Assembly: GCA_964582645.1 (NCBI GenBank)
Contig: CAZOTB010000002.1
Span: forward strand, 12,777-76,776
Source: an uncultured Verrucomicrobiota bacterium
GTDB taxonomy: Bacteria > Verrucomicrobiota > Verrucomicrobiia > Palsa-1439 > CAZOTB01
Reading direction: 5' to 3'
DNA: 64,000 nucleotides
In this document: positions 49,501-58,555 of the stretch, piece after piece
How the letters are laid out: each line of letters starts with the position of its first letter
Numbering within the stretch: the first letter of the stretch is position 1
Made by a program: the position numbers and the translations under genes
The notes under the pieces: generated by a model
Database searches by the model: none
Told to the model about the DNA's origin: nothing
The model's input: the letters and a program-made list of their open reading frames with translations, nothing else

Positions 49501-51428
49501 GCGAGCCACGGTGATTTCTGGTTGGGTTGATTGGTGAAACTCAACGGGGGCGTGCCGCTCGTGACGGAGGCGCGCTTCACTTTGTTGACCGGCTCGTGGT
49601 CATTGGAAATCCAAAGCTCCGCGGTATCGCTCGCGGCGATCCAGAAGTAGTAGTTGCCAGTTACCGGCGCAGTGAGATAGCCACGAATGCGCGCGCCGTA
49701 GTCGTCGCCGAAGTTGGCGCTCGCGAGATTGGTGAGCGTGCCGGCGCCGCTCGGTAGCGAATCGACCGGGATAGCGCTGATCGCAGTGCCGCCGATGCCC
49801 GTCCAGTAATCCCGCGTGATCGAGCCGCCCGTATCCTGAATCGTCAGATTCAGCACGGCGTAGCTCACGCCAAGCGCGTTGGAAGTGGTGAGCATGACCT
49901 GATAGGCTCCCGCGGCGGTGGGCGTGCCGCTGATGAGGCCGGTAGCGGGATTGAACGTCAAACCCGGCGGCAGGTTATTCACGTCAAACCCGAGCGGCAG
50001 GTTGCTGCCCGTGACCAGATAGCTGAACGCTCCGCCGACGAGTCCGACCGCGCTCGTGGGGCTGGTGATCACGGCGGGCGCGGCAGCGGTCGGATAGAGG
50101 CGCTCCAGGGGAATGGGTTGTTTCGTCTGGCTCTCGCTGTACCAGTAGAGTTGCACCGAGGCGCTGCCGGTGTTCTCGAAATACTCGAGCTTGATGTCGT
50201 AGCGGACGCCCGCCTCCAACGGGATCTGGTTTGTCCAATCAGTCGTGCCCTGCGTCTGCCATTGATCAATCAGCAACTGACCGTTGACCCAGAGCTTCAC
50301 ACCGTCGCTGCTGCGCGTGCCGAAGATGTACGTCTCGCTGTGCTCGGGTTGTACCTGGCCGGTCCAGCGAATGGAGAATGTGTTCGTACCCATCGAAGCG
50401 ATGGGCGCGTTGGTGCCCCAATCGAAATTGATCGTCGGGTCCACCTGTGTCAGCATCAGCCCCGTGAAATTCGCGGCATTCGTGTACGTCGCGCTGGCGT
50501 TATCATAGTACTGCCCCGTGAGGCCGGTGCCGGTGGGCGTGGACGAGTCGGCGATCACCAGCGAGGCGCTGCTCGGCGCATCCACGATGTAACCGCTGTT
50601 GGTGGCCAGTGTGAGCGTGACCAACTCCGATGCCTCGACCGCCGCATCCGCCATCGGCGTGACGGCGATGGTGGCATTCGTCACGTCGGGCGGGAGCATG
50701 ACCGAGCCGCTCAGCGGTGAAAAATCAACGCCGTTGGTCGCGGTGCCGCCGAGCGTGTAGAGCACCGTCAGTGTGTTCGTGCCGCCGTTGCGACGGATCT
50801 CGAAGATGCCCGGTTGCGGCCCATCCTCGGTGGCGTTCGGATTGAGCGTCGCGACCGAAAGAACGTTCGGGACCGTGATGAACTTGCCGAATGATGTCAC
50901 CCCATTCGTGATCGTCCCGGCCACGCTGACAGTACCCGTGCCCCAACCGCCGCCCGCAGGAAGCATGGCGGTGATCTGTTCCCGGTTGACGACCACGACG
51001 TTGGAGAGCGTGACGTTAATCGGCGACCCGATGGTGATGAGGGGCGGCGTGTTCGTCGGGAAACCAATGCCGAACACCGTCACCGGCATCGGCACGGGGT
51101 TGGTGCGCGCGAAGGGAAAGATGGCAGTGGTCACGTGCGCCCGCAAACCGACCATGACCTGGTTGATCACCAACGAGTCGGCGCCCGAGACGGTGCCATT
51201 GTCGTTGACGTCGCCGTTCTCGAATCCCGTGACGGCGAAGATCGGGTGGGTGTTGCTCCTGAGACCGACCATGACCTGGTTGATGAGCAGCGAGTCGGCG
51301 CCCGTGACATGGAAATCGCCGTTGACGTCACCCGGCGGGTAAAACTCGTTGGTCTGGGCAGATGTACTCCACGCCAACGCAGAGCAAAAAAATAATGCGC
51401 CGAGGATCCGTGTTGTCATCATGGCCAT
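46599..51428 (-). CDS. giant multidomain DUF1800 protein (dockerin-like repeats, Calx-beta, PA14 x2, cadherin-like Ig, CHRD, DUF1800, T/G/N-rich C-terminal region)
   Basis: ATG at complement 51426-51428 (MAMMTTRILGALFFCSALAWSTSA signal peptide). Domains recognised by motif: DVNGDFHVTGADSLLINQ (dockerin-type), PA14 GLTGQYYDN...FSIRWTGQ, CHRD ...AAHIHSDP...NIHT..YPAGEIRGN, and DUF1800 ...FLMQATFGPS.... Confidence 0.85.
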   Translation of the reverse strand: MAMMTTRILGALFFCSALAWSTSAQTNEFYPPGDVNGDFHVTGADSLLINQVMVGLRSNTHPIFAVTGFENGDVNDNGTVSGADSLVINQVMVGLRAHVTTAIFPFARTNPVPMPVTVFGIGFPTNTPPLITIGSPINVTLSNVVVVNREQITAMLPAGGGWGTGTVSVAGTITNGVTSFGKFITVPNVLSVATLNPNATEDGPQPGIFEIRRNGGTNTLTVLYTLGGTATNGVDFSPLSGSVMLPPDVTNATIAVTPMADAAVEASELVTLTLATNSGYIVDAPSSASLVIADSSTPTGTGLTGQYYDNASATYTNAANFTGLMLTQVDPTINFDWGTNAPIASMGTNTFSIRWTGQVQPEHSETYIFGTRSSDGVKLWVNGQLLIDQWQTQGTTDWTNQIPLEAGVRYDIKLEYFENTGSASVQLYWYSESQTKQPIPLERLYPTAAAPAVITSPTSAVGLVGGAFSYLVTGSNLPLGFDVNNLPPGLTFNPATGLISGTPTAAGAYQVMLTTSNALGVSYAVLNLTIQDTGGSITRDYWTGIGGTAISAIPVDSLPSGAGTLTNLASANFGDDYGARIRGYLTAPVTGNYYFWIAASDTAELWISNDHEPVNKVKRASVTSGTPPLSFTNQPNQKSPWLALVAGQRYYIEVLHKAGTGTNDNVAVGWLRPDQAGTGPSEVVPGFVLSPYVEPPPSSIPGTLYATTMLAQGAAQSQGIGTSTLRLSADESQATFSFAYTNLTSPYTAAHIHSDPYLNHPSQIIFDIDDATPEADGSYIWPIAAVGTLSAADVLEVIKQGKAFINIHTVNYPAGEIRGNYTLANGSQTFSPPPDPPAWTDDHANANAAARFLMQATFGPSQSDIAAVQAMGYEAWIDDQFARPVSHHLPFVLANLSSDPTAPYPRNLTFNSWWQQSVTAPDQLRQRVAFALSEILVVSEIGVLDNNGRALSAFYDTLLDNAFGNFREILEAVTLTPAMGLYLDMRRNEKGDLATGRIPNENYAREILQLFSVGLYRMWPDGTLVLNSQDNLVPTYDQNVVIGYSRLFTGWNYNQPNQSNGRLPTNWSPAADYINPMKLVPTRHELGTKRILDNVVMPAAAGSQADPTNAEYDNYGLQELETGLDAIFNHPNVGPFVCRQLIQRLVTSHPSRDYLYRVVKVFHDNGAGVRGDMAAVIKAILLDYEARSSSQITRSTFGKQREPLLRATGVARAFPSPQPNGGTYSQNGGRAITVTTTNAHRLATGNNIFLQFDSGTPVPTSTAYPVTVTGVNTFTVNATGVLTGAYNQAGGFISINSAGHGLAVSNRLHITFTTGGASNGVYEVVSVPSNSAFSVTTPDAATLSGNCLLAFYKGGYSQPNTNIITVSTAGNHGLNPGDQVYIDFMSGTAADGQYAVASVVDEDHFTIVVGAVANQNQNSHVVAPLAGPPLVRSGNVTVQSSTWNMGVTDLDLTQTPLRSPTVFNYFFPDYKFPGLLASAGLTTPEFQLTSDTGVALQNNFLAGAIINSQGSNTNGLNSFKNGNGSIVLDIGPYMTTNYTSNTGVPSLVGTLNSLLLAGQLSTGASNTIVTYVTSTNFPYSTPPTASQQRDRVRATIHLMVTSPDFTIQK

Positions 51429-51794
51429 GTTCGAGTGAATCGGGTTGTCGTCGGAACGCGCCGTTTGTGTTCTGAACACCGGCCGCGCCATTTGGTTGCG
51501 GACAAGAGCGGCAAAGCGTCCGAGGTGCCACGCTCTGCTGAACCGCCATTCGGCAAGGATATCCGCGATCAACACACACCCTCCCCCGCGCGTTCAGGAC
51601 AAATCATCGTCGTGCCTGTGAAAACGGCTGCATCGTAGGGGAAAAAAGCGCGTCTTGTCAACGCGCCAGCGCCCTGCCCTTTTCGATTTCCATTCCACCT
51701 GCGGCGGATACGATACTGCCGTGTCTCGACACGCCCTGATCGGGGACCGGATCTGGGATGGGCACCCTGCCGGACGCTCGAACAGCTTGCGTCT

Positions 51795-51850
51795 GGAGTT
51801 CACGCTTCAGCTTGTCTGGGTTCGACTGCTGCACCAAGCTGAAGTGTGAG
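51795..51850. repeat. hairpin element tcacgcttcagcttg ... caagctgaagtgtga (15-bp stem with one G-T pair, 20-nt loop)
   Basis: Seen in the intergenic region upstream of panC. It shares the gcttcagcttg core with the element at 35384-35480. Confidence 0.5.
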
Positions 51851-51945
51851 CTCCAAACGAGAGCAAATGATGCGCTGAACAGGGACTCTTGGCCGCCCTA
51901 CAAACTCTTGTCATCCTTCCCGTCATCCAGTTTAGTTGTCTCGCC

Positions 51946-52788
51946 ATGGAACTGGTGACCTCGCCGAGCGCGATGCAACAGATCGCCCTTCGTCTGCGAC
52001 GCGAAGGGAAACGCATCGGCCTCGTGCCCACCATGGGCTACCTCCACGAAGGTCATCTGAGCCTCGTGCGCGAAGTGCGGAAACGCTGCAATGTCACCAT
52101 CGTCAGCATCTACGTGAACCCGACGCAGTTCGCGCCCAACGAGGACCTCAAAAAGTATCCGCGCGACCTGGAACGAGACAAGTCGCTCTGCGCCGCCGAG
52201 AACGTGGACTACCTGTTCGTCCCGACCGACGCCGACATGTACCCGGCTCACTACTCCACCTATGTCGTCGAGGAATCGCTCTCCCGTCATCTGGAAGGGG
52301 CGACGCGCCCGGCTCATTTTCGCGGTGTATGCACGGTGGTGGCGAAGCTGTTTCACATCGCGCTGCCCGACGTCGCCATCTTCGGGCAGAAGGATGCGCA
52401 GCAGGCGCTCGTAATCCAACGCATGGTGCGCGACCTGAATTTTCCCATCGAGATCCTCATCGCGCCGATCGTGCGCGAAGCCGACGGGCTCGCCATGAGC
52501 AGCCGCAATGCGTACCTTTCTCCCGCCGAACGCAAACAAGCCGGCACCCTCCGCGCGGCTTTGGATTGGGCGCTCGATGCGTTCCGCAAAGGCGAGAAGG
52601 AATCGCTGGCCTTGCGAAAGGGGATGCTCAAAATCATCCTCTACGCGCCGGATGCGAAGTTGGATTACATCGAGTTTGTGAACCCGGACACATTCGAGAT
52701 CGTGCCGACGGTGAAGAAGGGAACGCGCATCGTGATGGCGGTGTGGATCGGAAAGACGCGGCTGATTGACAACGCGGTGGTGGAATGA
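51946..52788 (+). CDS. panC: pantoate--beta-alanine ligase
   Basis: ATG at 51946. PTMGYLHEGHLSL (HIGH-like) PanC signature. Confidence 0.9.
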   Translation: MELVTSPSAMQQIALRLRREGKRIGLVPTMGYLHEGHLSLVREVRKRCNVTIVSIYVNPTQFAPNEDLKKYPRDLERDKSLCAAENVDYLFVPTDADMYPAHYSTYVVEESLSRHLEGATRPAHFRGVCTVVAKLFHIALPDVAIFGQKDAQQALVIQRMVRDLNFPIEILIAPIVREADGLAMSSRNAYLSPAERKQAGTLRAALDWALDAFRKGEKESLALRKGMLKIILYAPDAKLDYIEFVNPDTFEIVPTVKKGTRIVMAVWIGKTRLIDNAVVE

Positions 52789-52876
52789 GGCGAGATTGGT
52801 TACTCGTTATGGGTCATTGGTTTATGGTATCCGTAATCTTCCTGATAACGAATGACTGAGAACCAATAACTGCTCC

Positions 52877-54517
52877 ATGGCCGACGACCAAATCAACGTG
52901 GACTTCCTCGTTCTCGGCAGCGGGATTGCCGGGCTGACGTTCGCCCTGAAAGTCGCGCCGCGCGGGACCGTCGCGATCATCACCAAGAAAGACCGAGCCG
53001 AGTCGAATACCAACTATGCCCAGGGGGGGATCGCCGCCGTGATGGCCAAGGACGATTCGTTTGATCTGCACATCAAGGACACGCTCGAAGCGGGCGCCGG
53101 GTTGTGCAACGAGGCGGTCGTTCGCACGATCGTCGAGGAGGGACCGGCTCGCGTCCGCGAGTTGATCGAGATCGGTTTGCGTTTCGCCACGCATGAGGAA
53201 GGCGGCCACGTGGAGTTCGATCTCGGCAAGGAGGGTGGCCACTCCCGTCGTCGTGTGCTCCACGCCACGGACATCACCGGCAGGGAGGTCGAGCGGGCCT
53301 TACTCAACGCCGTCGCGAAGCAACCCAACATCCACATCTACGAAAATCATCACGCGATTGACCTGATCACAAGTCGGAAACTGGCGGCACTCAGCACTCA
53401 GCACTCAGCACTCAGCGCTCCCAATCGCTGCCTCGGCGCCTACGTTCTCGATAAAGCCGGCCACCGGGTTCTGACTTTCGCCGCCCGGGTGACGCTCCTT
53501 GCCACCGGCGGAGCCGGCAAGGTCTATCTCTACACCAGCAACCCCGACATCGCGACCGGCGACGGCATTGCGATGGGTTACCGGGCGGGCGCGACGGTCG
53601 CAAACATGGAGTTCATCCAGTTTCACCCGACCTGCCTCTACCATCCCAAGGCGAAGTCGTTCCTCATCAGCGAAGCCGTCCGCGGCGAGGGGGCGATCCT
53701 CAAGAACCTCGCGGGCGAAGCGTTCATGGGCGCGTATCACAAACTGGCCGACCTCGCTCCGCGCGACATCGTCGCCCGGGCGATTGACGCTGAGATGAAG
53801 AAACGCGGCGACCCTCACGTGCACCTCGACATCACGCACAAGCCCGCGCCGTTCGTGATGAGTCGCTTCCCGAACATCTATCAGACGTGTCTGCAATACG
53901 GCTACGACATGACGAAGCAGCCGCTGCCGGTCGTGCCCGCAGCGCATTACACCTGCGGCGGCGTCAACACCGACGTGGACGGACGCACCGACATCAAGAA
54001 TCTGCTCGCCGTGGGCGAGGTGGCATGCACCGGCTTGCACGGCGCCAATCGGCTCGCCAGCAATTCGCTGCTCGAAGCGCTCGTCGTAGCCCATCGTGCT
54101 GCCCGTGTTGCCACCGATTCACGATTCACGATTCACGATTCGCGATGTGCCATCCCCCCCTGGCAGCCCGGCAAGGCTCACGACCCGGACGAACTGGTCG
54201 TCATCTCGCACAACTGGGACGAAATCCGCCGCACCATGTGGGATTACGTCGGCATCGTTCGCACCACCAAACGTCTTGAACGAGCACGGACGCGGATCCA
54301 GAACCTGCAGCGCGAGATCCAGGGGTACTACTGGGATTTCACCGTCACGCCCGACTTGCTGGAGCTGCGCAACATCGCCACCGTGGCGGGCCTGATCATC
54401 GAATGCGCCGAGATGCGCAAGGAAAGCCGCGGACTGCATTACACCCTCGATTACCCGAACCGCGACGATGCGAACTGGAGAAAGGATACGATGGTGAAAC
54501 TGGAGCCGCAAGCGTAA
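52877..54517 (+). CDS. nadB: L-aspartate oxidase
   Basis: GSGIAGL FAD motif. Colinear with E. coli NadB over its length (…[30 protein letters not shown]…HYTCGGV…[14 protein letters not shown]…). Confidence 0.9.
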   Translation: MADDQINVDFLVLGSGIAGLTFALKVAPRGTVAIITKKDRAESNTNYAQGGIAAVMAKDDSFDLHIKDTLEAGAGLCNEAVVRTIVEEGPARVRELIEIGLRFATHEEGGHVEFDLGKEGGHSRRRVLHATDITGREVERALLNAVAKQPNIHIYENHHAIDLITSRKLAALSTQHSALSAPNRCLGAYVLDKAGHRVLTFAARVTLLATGGAGKVYLYTSNPDIATGDGIAMGYRAGATVANMEFIQFHPTCLYHPKAKSFLISEAVRGEGAILKNLAGEAFMGAYHKLADLAPRDIVARAIDAEMKKRGDPHVHLDITHKPAPFVMSRFPNIYQTCLQYGYDMTKQPLPVVPAAHYTCGGVNTDVDGRTDIKNLLAVGEVACTGLHGANRLASNSLLEALVVAHRAARVATDSRFTIHDSRCAIPPWQPGKAHDPDELVVISHNWDEIRRTMWDYVGIVRTTKRLERARTRIQNLQREIQGYYWDFTVTPDLLELRNIATVAGLIIECAEMRKESRGLHYTLDYPNRDDANWRKDTMVKLEPQA

Positions 54518-54578
54518 GCGAGTGGATCGCCCTGCCACTCGCTCACGCTCGCGGCTACGAACCCGAAAGGAAAAACCC

Positions 54579-55418
54579 ATGCCCAACCTGCTCACCGCCG
54601 ACCAAATCGAATACCTGATTCAATTCGCCCACCCGGACAAAATGCTGAAGTGGTCCACGACCGTGGACGAACGGGTGCTCGCCACCATCTACGGAGTGGA
54701 CGTGACCGACTACCGGGCCTCCCGGGCGCGATTCGCGAGCCGCGTCCGTGAGGCCGCGCTCGACCTGCTCAAGGACGACCCGTTCGCCCGGCGCGTGGAC
54801 AAGCTGCCGTTCGCCCCCAAGTCCGTCGTCGTCGGTCTCGGCGACAGCATCACCGATGACCACCAATCGTGGCTCGAAATCCTGACTGATCTGCTCCTGC
54901 TGCGTCGTCCCGAGGAGGGGATCACCGTCATCAATGCCGGCATCTCCGGAGACACAACCTCGCAGATGATCACGCGTTTCCTGGAAGTCGTGAACGCCAA
55001 GCCCGATTGGATCATTGCGATGCCGGGCACGAACGACGCACGTCTCCACGGAGAGAAACCAACGAAGACACTCGTCAGCATCGAAGAGACCAAGAAAAAC
55101 ATCGCCATGCTCCGCAATTACGCAGCCACGCAAACCAAGGCGCGCTGGGTCTGGATGACGCCCGCCACCGTCATCGAGGAGAAAATTCCAAAGCACTGGT
55201 TGTTGGGCGAGGGACAGATGATGTGGCGCAACAAAGACCTTGCCGCCATCGCCGCGGTCATTCGCCGCCAACCCGAGCCGGTGGTGGACCTGCAAAAGGT
55301 CTTCGGCAATCCCGCCAACCCAAAGCTGCTCATGGACGACGGACTGCACCCGAGCATCACCGGGCAGAAGGAGATTGTGCGGGCATTGGTGACGAAGCTG
55401 ATCTCAGTGAGACAGTGA
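54579..55418 (+). CDS. SGNH/GDSL-family hydrolase
   Basis: ATG at 54579 with an AAAGGA Shine-Dalgarno. GLGDSITDD (GDS block I) and a DGLHP block V. Confidence 0.7.
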   Translation: MPNLLTADQIEYLIQFAHPDKMLKWSTTVDERVLATIYGVDVTDYRASRARFASRVREAALDLLKDDPFARRVDKLPFAPKSVVVGLGDSITDDHQSWLEILTDLLLLRRPEEGITVINAGISGDTTSQMITRFLEVVNAKPDWIIAMPGTNDARLHGEKPTKTLVSIEETKKNIAMLRNYAATQTKARWVWMTPATVIEEKIPKHWLLGEGQMMWRNKDLAAIAAVIRRQPEPVVDLQKVFGNPANPKLLMDDGLHPSITGQKEIVRALVTKLISVRQ

Positions 55419-55542
55419 TGAGCGTGCTCGCGCTGTCCTATCTTCTCGGACTCTGGTCTGTGCTCGCACTGATCTTGAACCGATTCAGCGGCGGAGATGG
55501 CGAGACACGGAGCCGTCAATGCGTGTGAGCCTGTCGACCGGC

Positions 55543-56310
55543 TCACCGTAGGAACCGTCCCCCATTCACATCCACAATCGCGCCGTTGGTGAACGAGGAG
55601 GCGTCGCTGGCGAGGAAGAGCGCGGCCTGGCCGACTTCCTCGGCGGTGCCGTTGCGACCGAGTGGTGTTTCCTTTCGGTACTGCTCCATCCGTTCTTTTG
55701 AGCTATAGACTTCATGATGCCGCGTTTCGATGACCCCGGGACAGAGCGTGTTGGCGCGGACCTGCGGTGCCAGCTCGCGCGCGAGCGTGCGGGTGAAGAC
55801 CTGCAATGCGCCCTTGGCAGCGGCATAGGGACCGGCCCCGTTCGCGCCGCCGGTCTGCGTCGAGAGCGAGATGACGTTGATGATGCTGCCGCTGCCGGTG
55901 GCCTTGAGATGCGGGATGGCGCGCTTGGTGACGAGGAACGCGCTGGTCATGTTCACATCGAACACCTTCCGCCAGATGTCGAGTGGGCAATCCTCGATCT
56001 TCGCGCGCTGAATCGGATCGCCGGCATTGTTGACGAGAATATGCAGCTTCTTCGTCTGTGCCACGAGTTGATCCACGATGGCGTTGGCCGCGGCTTCGTT
56101 GGCGAGATCGGCCTGGAGCAACACACCGTCGCTCTTGAGCCGGCGCACTTCGGCAAGCACGGCCTCTGCCTCCTTCTTGCTGCTTCGGTAATGGATGCCC
56201 ACGAACGCTCCGGCGCCGGCCAACGCAAGCGTGATTGCGCGCCCGATTCCAACGCCGGCGCCGGTGACCAGAGCCACTCTCCCGGATAGATCAAACTTCG
56301 TCCCTTTCAT
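55543..56310 (-). CDS. SDR-family oxidoreductase (FabG-like)
   Basis: TGAGVGIGRA Rossmann motif, NNAG, and the S...Y...K catalytic triad pattern. Confidence 0.85.
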   Translation of the reverse strand: MKGTKFDLSGRVALVTGAGVGIGRAITLALAGAGAFVGIHYRSSKKEAEAVLAEVRRLKSDGVLLQADLANEAAANAIVDQLVAQTKKLHILVNNAGDPIQRAKIEDCPLDIWRKVFDVNMTSAFLVTKRAIPHLKATGSGSIINVISLSTQTGGANGAGPYAAAKGALQVFTRTLARELAPQVRANTLCPGVIETRHHEVYSSKERMEQYRKETPLGRNGTAEEVGQAALFLASDASSFTNGAIVDVNGGRFLR

Positions 56311-57218
56311 CGTCGCGGCATCCTACGAATCGGAGGCACGGTGTGACAAGAGGCGATTGGTCCAAGCGCGCGATACTCTTTCGGGCTTGCGTCGGTGATC
56401 TGCCGAAATCATCGTGAGAAATAATTCACGTCTTCGATCCCGCACTGGACGCTGACTTCCTTGATGGGCAGATTGGTGTGTTCGAGCAGCTTTTGCGCGT
56501 GCTGAATGCGGTACCGGGCGAGGTACGCCATCGGGGACAGGCCGAGGCATTTCTTGAACAACGGATACAACTTCGACCGGCTCACCCCGCTGCTGAAGAC
56601 CAGTTCTTTCAGGCTGATGTAGCGGTGGGGCGCGCCGGACAGGTTCCGGCAGGCTTTCCGTTGCGCCGTCGCTGCCGTTCCCTGCCGTGGCCGACGGGTA
56701 GCGCTTCTGGTTTTGGCAGAATCCACGAACAAGTCGGTGATCATCCCATGAATGACGAGAGATGCACGCGCCTCAAATCCGGGCGGCTTTCGTCGCATCA
56801 GACCGGGCAATCGTTCAAAATGCCGGACCCAACGCGCGCCATCGCTCTGGGCGAGGGCGCGCAGGTATGGCCGCAAATCCAGAGTGATATCGAACGCGGC
56901 ACCCTCCAACGCCAGTATCGCGGTTCGTACGCCGAGCCCTATCGGAACGCGCCGGCACCGCGCCGCGACCGGTTGCCGCATCGAGATTTTCTCACTACGA
57001 CGAGCATGATCGCCACGCGAGGCTGCCACAATCGCTGCGGATTCTCCTGTTGGTCCACCAAGGGTCTCCCCATGCCGTACCTGATGCGCGACGTTCCACA
57101 TTCTCACGCCGTACCCGGGCACGCCGTTGTTCGAGCAGATGGAACGTGAAGGCCGGTTGCTCCACCGCCACTGGGACTTGTACGACACCGCCCACGCCGT
57201 ATTTCGTCCCCGGCACAT
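56307..57218 (-). pseudogene. AraC-family regulator gene interrupted by an in-frame TGA inside the HTH (internal stop at complement 56409-56411)
   Basis: The HTH reads ...EDVNYFSR [TGA] FRQITDASPKEYRALGP... Reading through, the frame ends at a TGA overlapping the ATG of the downstream SDR gene (ATGA). The true N-terminus is uncertain because 56838-57218 is also covered, antisense, by radical-SAM remnants. Confidence 0.45.
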
Positions 57219-57552
57219 GACGCCCGAGGAACTCGAAGCCGGCTACGAGTGGTGCTACGAACGGCTGTTCACGCATGCAAGCATATGGGCTCGCCAACCC
57301 GCCGATTGGCGCGCCGTGCCGGCGTATCTCGGCATGACCTATCTCTACCGCAAGTCGAACCCGCTATGGTGGTTCTTGATCAGGCATCGGCTGACTGCCG
57401 CGGCGTGGAGGCCGCTCGTGGAACTCACCCGCCTGCGTCATCTCGCCCTGCGACGAAAGCCGGCCGCGGAAGCGCCGGCTCAGGCTTCCTTCGACTTCAC
57501 CGAGGCCAGCTCGCGAATCTTGCGCAGATCGAGCTTGCCGGTGCCGAGATAA
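56838..57552 (+). pseudogene. remnant of a B12-binding radical SAM (class B, DUF4070-containing) gene, fragmented across two frames with a large internal deletion
   Basis: Frame A: ...GEGAQ...APAPRRDRLPHRDFLTTTSMIATRGCHNRCGFSC... Frame B from 57085: ILTPYPGTPLFEQMEREGRLLHRHWDLYDTAHAVFRPRHMTPEELEAGYEWCYERLF. Only about 20 aa separate the Cys cluster from the C-terminal domain, where about 200 aa are expected. Confidence 0.35.
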
Positions 57553-58474
57553 GGCAGCTTTTCGATGTGGATGAACTGATCGGGGCGCGGCTTCCAAAGA
57601 TTGGGGAGATCCGACGCGCCGGGCTTGTCCACACAGGGCTTGAGTTTGTCGTCGGGAAGGGTGTGCAGGACGACGAGGCGTTCGCCTTTCTTCTCGTCGG
57701 GAACCCCGGTGACGGCAAAGGTCTGTTCCGTCGCTTCCGCCAGTTCGTGAAGTTTCTCCTCGATCTTGATGTGCGGCACCATCTCGCCGCCGATCTTGCT
57801 GAACCGAGTGAGACGGTCGGTGATCTGCAAGAAGCCATCCTCGTCGAGCGTGGCAACGTCACCGGTGCTGTACCAGCCATCGCGCAACACCTCGGCGGTT
57901 TTGTCGGGACGACCGAGGTGGCCTTTTATCACATTCGGACCGTGCACCCAAACGAATGAAAGAACGGCAGGATGCCGAGCAGGCAATCGCGCTTCTCGAA
58001 CGCGAAGACCTGGCCGAGCTGTTCGATGTTCGAAGCGATGTTGTAGTGCGTCAGCATCACGCCCTTGGGATCGCCGGTGCTGCCGCTGGAAAAGATGATG
58101 GTGGCGAGATCATCGAGCGGGTTGTGTGATGCGGGGAGTGTGGAGCGTGGAGCGTGGCCGACGGCCCGCTCCAACAATGGGGTGGGCAACAGCCAGGCCT
58201 TGCACGCCGAGGAGAACATCTCGCCGAGGGATGGCTTGGCGGCGATTTCCTCCAACAGAATTGTCTGCCCCGGAACCTTGAGCTTGAGTTTGTCGAGGAA
58301 CGCCTTCGAGGTGATGATCGTCTGCAGGTTGCACTGCCGGGCGCACGACGCGAGGACTTCTTCGTGGGCGGTGTAGTTGAGGTTGACGGGAACTTTGCCC
58401 ATCAGGAACGCGGCGTGATTGACGAGGGCGCCGCCCACGGACGGCGGCAGGAGAATGCCCCCAAAATCCGACAA
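57480..58474 (-). pseudogene. remnant of an AMP-binding (acyl-CoA/acyl-ACP synthetase, Aas-like) gene in two frames with an internal deletion
   Basis: Track ORFs 57929..58474 (…IIFSSGSTGDPKGVMLTH…LPFFHSFG) and 57480..57986 (…VIKGHLGRPDKTAEVLRDGWYSTGDVATLDEDGFLQITDRL…) overlap in different frames. About 200 aa of the central domain are missing. Confidence 0.45.
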
Positions 58475-58555
58475 CCAATCACCTATTACCCGCTGCTGAA
58501 GCCGCGATCACCTTTTCGTGTTCCAACGCTCTCACGCGACTTGCGTCCGCGAAAT

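Noticed and set aside
47940-49514. 524-aa plus-strand ORF
   Set aside because: Lies inside, and antisense to, the giant DUF1800 gene. R/V/G-rich shadow composition.
52789-52876. Possible riboswitch/leader upstream of nadB (short inverted repeats tcgttat/ataacga, attggtt/aaccaat)
   Set aside because: The stems are only 7 bp and AT-rich. There is no recognisable NAD+ riboswitch consensus, so the evidence is insufficient to call a feature.
53390-53430. CRISPR-like or other regular spaced repeats
   Set aside because: These are simple 7-nt tandem arrays of 3-4 copies inside coding sequence, with no spacers. No CRISPR array is present anywhere in the window.
56409-57218. Full 269-aa AraC ORF including a 126-aa N-terminal sensor domain
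   Set aside because: The N-terminal part has no recognisable AraC effector-domain motifs. It is antisense to better-supported radical-SAM remnant motifs. Only the HTH portion is confidently AraC, so the start was left uncertain.
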